Shown here in pieces: positions 40,801 to 45,527 of a stretch of DNA of 45,527 bases (position 1 is the first letter of the stretch; every line of letters begins with the position of its first letter). The notes below the pieces were generated by a model. It saw nothing but the letters and a program-made list of their open reading frames with translations. It had not been told where the DNA came from and made no database searches. Source of the stretch: Gammaproteobacteria bacterium (GTDB taxonomy: Bacteria; Pseudomonadota; Gammaproteobacteria; Burkholderiales; SHXO01); the NCBI GenBank assembly GCA_041488355.1, contig JBGPPC010000003.1:1-45527 (forward strand). The letters run 5' to 3'. The position numbers and the translations under genes are program-made.

Positions 40801-41178
40801 CTCGGCGCGATGGAGCTGGGTTACCAGCGCGGAAAGATCCAGGAAGAGTCGCTCAACTACGAGCACAAGAAGCACGACGGCTCCTACCCCATCATCGGCG
40901 TCAATACCTTCCGCAACCCCAACGGCGACGCGATCCCCGAGAAGCTGGAGCTCATCCGCTCGACGGACGACGAGAAGCAGAATCAGCTCAAACGCCTGCA
41001 CGACTTTCATGAAAGCCACAGAGCCGAAAGCGCCCCGATGTTAAAGCGCCTTCAGCAGGCGGTGATCGAGAACAAGAACGTGTTCGAGGTACTAATGGAC
41101 GCGGTGCGCGTCTGCTCGCTCGGGCAAATCACTCACGCCCTGTTCGAAGTGGGTGGGCAATACCGGCGGTCAATGTGA
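37858..41178 (+). CDS. icmF: Fused isobutyryl-CoA mutase / MeaB-like GTPase IcmF
   Basis: B12-binding [10 protein letters not shown]-loop [13 protein letters not shown], mutase barrel ([38 protein letters not shown]). Confidence 0.97.
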   Translation: MTDLSARPVDTTRHAERRMRFVTAASLFDGHDASINIIRRMLQVSGVEVIHLGHNRSVEEVVTAALQEDVHGIALSSYQGGHVEFFRYMLDLLRQRGGEHIKVFGGGGGVIVPAEVRELEEYGVARIYSPEDGARMGLQGMIDDMIKRADADLCGRLPDTLDRLLRGDRADLARIITALESRALPETIHQSILARAAERDAVPVLGITGTGGSGKSSLTDELVRRVRLDQDDRLQIAVIAIDPSRRKSGGALLGDRIRMNAINGSNVYMRSLATRGAGKEIAAALPDVIATCKCAGFDLILVETSGIGQGDAAIVPLADFSLYVMTPEYGAASQLEKIDMLDFADFVAINKFDRRGADDALRDVRKQIQRNHQAFKTPSEQMPVFGTVASRFNDDGVTALYQAIAPKLVEKGLRLEPGRLRRVDVRASSRVHAIVPPARARYLAEIAEAVRRYKQHAEEQVMLARERQQLAATRAMLLESPSSRRTPGTSRADTETLDSGVRRNDELEHLIAERERKLDPRAKRLLEMWPDMQRAYSGDDYVVKIRDREVRTQLTYRTLSGTTVHKVALPRYEDHGELLRWLMLENVPGSFPYTGGVFAFKRENEDPTRMFAGEGDPFRTNRRFHLLSKDMAAKRLSTAFDSVTLYGFDPDLRPDIYGKVGNSGVSIATLEDMKVLYSGFDLCAPSTSVSMTINGPAPTILAMFMNTAIDQQLDKFHQDNGRKPTEDESDKIKEWTLESVRGTVQADILKEDQGQNTCIFSTEFSLKVMGDIQEYFIHHAVKNFYSVSISGYHIAEAGANPISQLAFTLANGFTFVEAYLARGMHIDDFAPNLSFFFSNGMDPEYSVIGRVARRIWAVAMKNKYGANERSQKLKYHCQTSGRSLHAQEIAFNDIRTTLQALIATYDNANSLHTNAFDEAITTPTEESVRRAMAIQLVINREWGLAKNENPNQGSFIIDELTELVEEAVLKEFEAISERGGVLGAMELGYQRGKIQEESLNYEHKKHDGSYPIIGVNTFRNPNGDAIPEKLELIRSTDDEKQNQLKRLHDFHESHRAESAPMLKRLQQAVIENKNVFEVLMDAVRVCSLGQITHALFEVGGQYRRSM
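39299..39373. repeat. CGTC-tagged palindromic (REP-like) element inside icmF, in frame
   Basis: cgtcatcccggcgaacgccggg ... ctggattccggcgttcgccggaatgacg; arms are reverse complements (20/21 over the outer 21 nt); 75 bp = 25 codons. Confidence 0.85.
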
Positions 41179-41195
41179 GCGCCGGGGGGCCCACC

Positions 41196-41284
41196 CATCC
41201 TGGCGAAAGTCAGGATCCATTCCTGCAGGCCTGTGCAATCTAAACCGTGCGACCCCGCACATCCTGACGAAAGTCAGGATCCAT
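41196..41284. repeat. Direct-repeat doublet of REP-like GAAA-tetraloop hairpins
   Basis: catcctggcgaaagtcaggatccat (41196-41220) and catcctgacgaaagtcaggatccat (41260-41284), 24/25 identical, 39-nt spacer, between convergent genes. Confidence 0.85.
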
Positions 41285-41323
41285 CTCGGCACCTCCACCC
41301 ACGTACCGCGCAATCGCCCAGCC

Positions 41324-42451
41324 TCACCGAGCGACTGCGTAACGCCGAACCTTGTCCTCGTCGAACTCGACACCCAGGCCGGGCTTCTGCGGCAAAGCCA
41401 TGCAGCCGTCGGCAGAATCGAGCCGGATCGGCTCCGCCAGATACCACTGAAAGATCTCGCTGCTGAATCCGGGCAGGTCGTGGAACACTTCGACGAACGG
41501 GCAGTTCGGGATCGCCGCGCACAGATGCAGATGAGCCACGAAGCCTAGGCCACCTCCGCCATGGTGCGGAGCGCAGAGCTTGTGATGGATCTCGGCCAGC
41601 GCACACGCCTTGCGGATCTGCGACATCGTTTCGCCGACCATCGCCTCGGGTTGCAGGACGTCGTAGCAATCGCGCTCGATGAGCCAACGATATTCGTGTA
41701 AACCGCAGTTGTTCTCTCCCCCCGCGATCAGGATGTCCACCGCGGCGGCGAGCCGGGTGAGGTTATCGAAGTCGTAACGGTCGAGGGGCTCCTCGAGCCA
41801 GTACACGCCGAGCCTCTCCAGCTCGCGCGCGGTGTTCAATGCGCGCTCGTAGCTCCAGACAGGTCCCGGATCGGGTTGTAGCGTCCCCGGAAGTTGCGCC
41901 TGGTTGGCATCGACCAGGAGTGTGAACTCCTCTCCGACGGCGTCCCGCACTGCTTCGATCTGGGCAATGTCCGCTTTGAGGGTCCAGTCGTGGATACGCA
42001 GCTTAGTCGCTCGCCAGCCGTCCGCCCGCAATTGCAAGACGTCCTCGGCACGCTGCCGCGGCGTGCTCACCTCGATGCAAGAGGCATAGGCCGGCACGCG
42101 ATCGCGGAATCCACCCCACAGCTTGTACACGGGCTGACCGCAGGCCTTGCCGATGATGTCCCAGAGAGCGATCTCGACACCCCATCCAACCCCTGCGTTC
42201 CGGAAAATCCGCGCATGACGCTCCAGCGCGAACGGGTCCTGCCCGATCAGCTGCGGCTTGATCCACGATTCGATCAAGGGCGAGACCGAGTATCCCGGCG
42301 CGCCAAGGCCGACGATCCCCTCGTCGGTGAAGATCTTTACGATGTTCCCGCCCCAACGCCGCCACTCACTCCCGGGCGCCCACGCGGGTTTCATCACCTT
42401 GGGTAACTCCGGTCCAGCCAGCTGCAGAATCTGAAGGTCGGTTATTTTCAT
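41324..42451 (-). CDS. Mandelate racemase/muconate lactonizing enzyme (enolase superfamily) protein
   Basis: EIALWDIIGK...PVYKLWGG, TKLRI, metal ligands VDAN / LEEP / GGEN, APHH, PGLGVE; RBS aggaggg. Confidence 0.92.
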   Translation of the reverse strand: MKITDLQILQLAGPELPKVMKPAWAPGSEWRRWGGNIVKIFTDEGIVGLGAPGYSVSPLIESWIKPQLIGQDPFALERHARIFRNAGVGWGVEIALWDIIGKACGQPVYKLWGGFRDRVPAYASCIEVSTPRQRAEDVLQLRADGWRATKLRIHDWTLKADIAQIEAVRDAVGEEFTLLVDANQAQLPGTLQPDPGPVWSYERALNTARELERLGVYWLEEPLDRYDFDNLTRLAAAVDILIAGGENNCGLHEYRWLIERDCYDVLQPEAMVGETMSQIRKACALAEIHHKLCAPHHGGGGLGFVAHLHLCAAIPNCPFVEVFHDLPGFSSEIFQWYLAEPIRLDSADGCMALPQKPGLGVEFDEDKVRRYAVAR

Positions 42452-42718
42452 GCTGGTCCCTCCTTTTTCCCGGCGGCGGTTGATGCGTCGTAAGCGACGT
42501 TACTCGAGTCTCGGGACAGAAACATTCTTCCGTCGCCCGTGCGTCGAGGATACCGAGTAGGGCGGCGCAGCCGCAAGTCGACTGCCTGCCGTTGTCAGTC
42601 CGTCTCCGTCGGCAAGTCAGTCACACATACCGCTCCGAGCCCTCCCGGAGCTGTAGTAGAGTTCGATTTCTCGTTGCTCCCTATTCCCCGTACGACAACC
42701 AGACGAGACTTCCGCGAG

Positions 42719-43621
42719 ATGTCTCCGCAACCCTTTACGCCGGTGATCCGAGCTGCGCTCTGGATGTCTGGCGCGCTCGTGTCCTTCATGGCGATGGCCA
42801 TTGCGGGGCGCCAGCTCTCGGCGGAGCTGACCACCTTCCAGATCCTGTTCTTCCGGAGCTTCGTCGGCCTGGTTGTCGTCCTCGCGCTCTTGCAGCGTTC
42901 AGGTTGGGCGCGGGTCAAGACCCGTGCATTCGGCACGCACCTATTGCGCAACGTCGCCCACTTTGGCGGCCAGTACGGCTGGTTCTACGGCATCGCGTTC
43001 ATTCCCCTGACCGAGGTCTTCGCGATCGAGTTCACCATACCGATCTGGACCGCGATCCTGGCGACGGTCTTCTTAGGCGAGCGCATGAACAGGCTGCGCG
43101 TCCTGGCGGTGGCGCTCGGGTTCGTCGGCATCCTGGTCATACTGCGTCCCGGCATGGCCGTGGTCAGCATTCCGGCCCTGGCAGTCCTCGGCGGCGCGGT
43201 GTGTTACGCGATCTCACACGTGTTCACGAAGCGCCTTTCGGGGACGGAAAAGCCTCTGACCATTCTTTTCTACATGACAGTGATTCAGCTCCCGCTCGGG
43301 CTGGTGCCCGCCCTGCCGCATTGGGTCTGGCCGTCTACTGCCTTGTGGCCATGGGTGGGGATCGTAGCGGTGACCGCACTGTCCGCGCATTACTGTTTGA
43401 CGCGCGCCTTCCAGCTCGCAGACGCGACGGTGGTCATTCCGATGGACTTTCTGCGTCTGCCATTGATCGCCGTCGTCGGCTTCCTCTTCTACGGCGAAAC
43501 AGTCAAGGTCTGGGTGTTCGTCGGAGCGCTGATCGTCTGCGCCGCAACGTGGCTCAATCTGAAGAGCGCATCGGCCTCCAACCCGGCTCGTCCCAAGGCC
43601 AAGGCGGAGGCGGTGTCTTAG
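42719..43621 (+). CDS. DMT/EamA-family transporter
   Basis: About ten hydrophobic segments; FQILFFRS, FTIPIW..ILA..FLGE, LVILRPG, DFLRLP...GFLFYGE. Confidence 0.9.
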   Translation: MSPQPFTPVIRAALWMSGALVSFMAMAIAGRQLSAELTTFQILFFRSFVGLVVVLALLQRSGWARVKTRAFGTHLLRNVAHFGGQYGWFYGIAFIPLTEVFAIEFTIPIWTAILATVFLGERMNRLRVLAVALGFVGILVILRPGMAVVSIPALAVLGGAVCYAISHVFTKRLSGTEKPLTILFYMTVIQLPLGLVPALPHWVWPSTALWPWVGIVAVTALSAHYCLTRAFQLADATVVIPMDFLRLPLIAVVGFLFYGETVKVWVFVGALIVCAATWLNLKSASASNPARPKAKAEAVS

Positions 43622-43658
43622 ACAGCGATAAAAGAAATCCGCTTCCTGGCGCAAGCAA

Positions 43659-43691
43659 CCTGGATCCCGGCCTGCGCCGGGATGACGAACT
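43659..43691. repeat. Solo CGTC-tagged REP-like hairpin
   Basis: cctggatcccggcctgcgccgggatgacgaact, 29/33 identical to icmF 39345-39377. Confidence 0.8.
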
Positions 43692-43729
43692 TTTGTTAAC
43701 CCGTTCAGCAACAACGAGGGCAGCCGCGT

Positions 43730-44296
43730 TTAGTCTTCGCCCGGCTCGGCAAGCCAGAGGCGCCGCCATCCTTCCAGTCCCAGGCGCCGAAGGGTTTCGA
43801 TGTTCCTTGCGGGAATGGCATCGACATCCGGGCTTGCCAGCGCCGCGCGTTCGACGCTCGACTCCCGGAGCAGATGAAGCATCGGGTAGGGCGAGCGGTT
43901 GGTGTAGTTTTCCACATCGTCCGGGCCGCTGCCTGCGAACTGGTAGCGGGGGTGGAAGCTGGCGATCTGAATCTCTCCAGCGAGCCCGAGAGCTTCGACT
44001 GTCGCGTCGGCCACGTCGAGAAAATCGTTGTAGTCGAGAAAGTCGCCCAGAACGCCGGGATGGATGAGCAGAACGGTTTCACAGGTTTGCGGATCAGCGG
44101 CCTGCAGCGCCCGGAGCTCGCGCGACAGATCCGCGAGAAGCGAATCCTCCGAGTGAGCTTCGCTGACGCAATATCGGATACGATCGCTCACGTAGACAGC
44201 TTTCGCAAACGGGCACAGATTCAGCCCGATGACCGCTTTCTCGATCCAATCGCGAGTCTCGGCGATGACCCTGGAAGGGCTCGTTTGCTGCGTCAC
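43730..44296 (-). CDS. DUF1415-family protein
   Basis: W.EKAVIGLNLCPFA, ETVLLIHP, QIASFHPRYQF, NYTNRSPYPMLHLLRE; GTG start. Confidence 0.88.
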   Translation of the reverse strand: MTQQTSPSRVIAETRDWIEKAVIGLNLCPFAKAVYVSDRIRYCVSEAHSEDSLLADLSRELRALQAADPQTCETVLLIHPGVLGDFLDYNDFLDVADATVEALGLAGEIQIASFHPRYQFAGSGPDDVENYTNRSPYPMLHLLRESSVERAALASPDVDAIPARNIETLRRLGLEGWRRLWLAEPGED

Positions 44297-44380
44297 GTCA
44301 CTGAGTCCCGAGGGTGGTGCTCATCTTTCGGATGATAGCAGCGCGGTGTCAAGGCTCGAGCCGTTGACGAACGATCCCCT

Positions 44381-45527
44381 ATGACGGAAAGCGCGCGCAC
44401 CATTGGCGGGCGTCAGGTAGTCACGCATCGCGCGATTTTGTCGATCGCGGTACCAATCATGATCTCCAGTGTATCGACGCCGCTTCTGGGCGTCGTCGAT
44501 ACCGGTGTGATGGGTCGGATTCCAAATCCGGCGTATATCGGCGCGGTGGCACTGGGCGCGTTGATCTTCAACTTCGTGTTCTGGGGCTTTGGCTTTCTGC
44601 GCATGGGCACCACGGGGCTGACGGCCCAGGCCTTTGGCGCCGGCGATGCGGTGGAAATCCGTGCCAGCCTCGGTCGCGCCGTACTGATCGCATTTGTCAT
44701 CGGCGCGGGGCTCATCGCGCTCCAATGGCCGATCCGCCGGCTGGCCTTCGCTCTCATAGACGGCAGCCCACAGGTCGAGGCGCTGGCGCGCGACTACTAC
44801 GACATACGGATCTGGGCCGCGCCCGCGACGCTGACGAACTATGCCCTCCTTGGCTGGTTCATCGGCTTGGGACAGGCGAGGGTCGCGTTGGTGCTTCAAC
44901 TGGTCCTCAATCTCACCAACATGGCCCTCGACGTGTTTTTCGTCCTCGGGCTCGGCATGGGTGTGAAAGGCGTGGCGATCGGAACGGTCATTGCGGAGGT
45001 GGTCGCCGCCATCGTTGGGCTCGCAATTGCCGCACGCCAACTGCGCAACCTCGGCGGGCGCTGGAACTTCGCACGCCTCGCGGCGCCGGAGCGCATCCGG
45101 CGCACCATCGCCGTCAATCGCGACATCATGATCCGGTCGGCTGCACTGATCTTCGTCTTCGCCTGGTTCATGGGGCAGGGCGCTCGGCAAGGCGACACGA
45201 TACTGGCCGCGAACGCAGTGCTGATGAACTTCATCGCGGTCGCAGCGTTTTTTCTGGATGGGCTCGCGTTCGCCGCCGAAGCGCTGGTTGGCAGAGCGAT
45301 AGGCAGCGCCAACCGGGATGGCTTCACCGCTGCGGCACGTATGACGACCTGGTGGGCGGGCGGTATCGCGCTGCTGGCGTCGACTTTGTTCGCAGCGCTC
45401 GGCACGCTGGCCGTCGACGCGCTCACGATCGACCCAGCCGTGCGCGCAACAGCTCGCGCTTATCTCCCCTGGGCAGCCGCTTCGCCTCTGGTCGGCGTAT
45501 GGTGCTTCCAGCTCGACGGGATCTTTA
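44381..45527 (+). CDS. dinF: MATE efflux transporter, DinF-like (3' truncated; absent from the ORF track)
   Basis: From ATG 44381: AVPIMISSVSTPLLGVVDTGVMG...FWGFGFLRMGTTGLTAQAFG, later NRDIMIRS and FLDGLAFAAE; open to window end. Confidence 0.88.
   Translation, partial: MTESARTIGGRQVVTHRAILSIAVPIMISSVSTPLLGVVDTGVMGRIPNPAYIGAVALGALIFNFVFWGFGFLRMGTTGLTAQAFGAGDAVEIRASLGRAVLIAFVIGAGLIALQWPIRRLAFALIDGSPQVEALARDYYDIRIWAAPATLTNYALLGWFIGLGQARVALVLQLVLNLTNMALDVFFVLGLGMGVKGVAIGTVIAEVVAAIVGLAIAARQLRNLGGRWNFARLAAPERIRRTIAVNRDIMIRSAALIFVFAWFMGQGARQGDTILAANAVLMNFIAVAAFFLDGLAFAAEALVGRAIGSANRDGFTAAARMTTWWAGGIALLASTLFAALGTLAVDALTIDPAVRATARAYLPWAAASPLVGVWCFQLDGIF

Noticed and set aside
41196-41284. Mini CRISPR array
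   Set aside because: Only two repeats, no cas genes or AT-rich leader in the window, and the repeat matches the REP-like hairpin family seen at 39299 and 43659.
42653-42678. Possible glyoxalase/VOC remnant (NE-IELYY) on the minus strand
   Set aside because: Match is only about six residues and needs a frameshift; not distinguishable from chance.

Overview
GC-rich (visually ~65%) chromosomal segment of a betaproteobacterium, inferred from the gshB-EIIA-HPr-ptsI and holA-proA gene order and protein style. I found no rRNA, tRNA, CRISPR array, transposase or prophage. Left part (1-9.5 kb): housekeeping genes gshB (partial), a permease-less PTS (EIIA-Man-like, HPr, EI), holA, proA, lipoyl-domain lpdA, nudC, a frameshifted GST and a VanZ-like gene. 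9.5-13.5 kb: an eroded patchwork with a TauD-like remnant, a MarR/rhodanese divergon, a soluble 3xPAS histidine kinase, a receiver::GlrR-HTH chimeric remnant and an orphan cytochrome c. 13.5-29.2 kb: 15 co-oriented minus-strand genes built around leucine/isovalerate catabolism (ivd, MCC beta/alpha, methylglutaconyl-CoA hydratase, HMG-CoA lyase, thiolase), with accessory genes, ending in glutamine-dependent nadE. 29.5-41.2 kb: MBL hydrolase and class I phaC, a signal-peptide-less BtuF-like protein, Lrp, a fused indolepyruvate:ferredoxin oxidoreductase-family enzyme and IcmF. Right end: enolase-superfamily enzyme, EamA transporter, DUF1415, DinF-type MATE (partial). Most notable observations: (i) a 75-bp CGTC-tagged palindromic repeat apparently inserted in frame in icmF, with relatives in two nearby intergenic spacers; (ii) two spacers made of inverted 7-mer or 8-mer tandem-repeat arms that overlap the upstream stop codons; (iii) a putative Lrp-controlled branched-chain acyl-CoA-to-PHA supercluster including a possibly cytoplasmic B12-binding protein. 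All calls come from reading motifs by eye; no searches were run.
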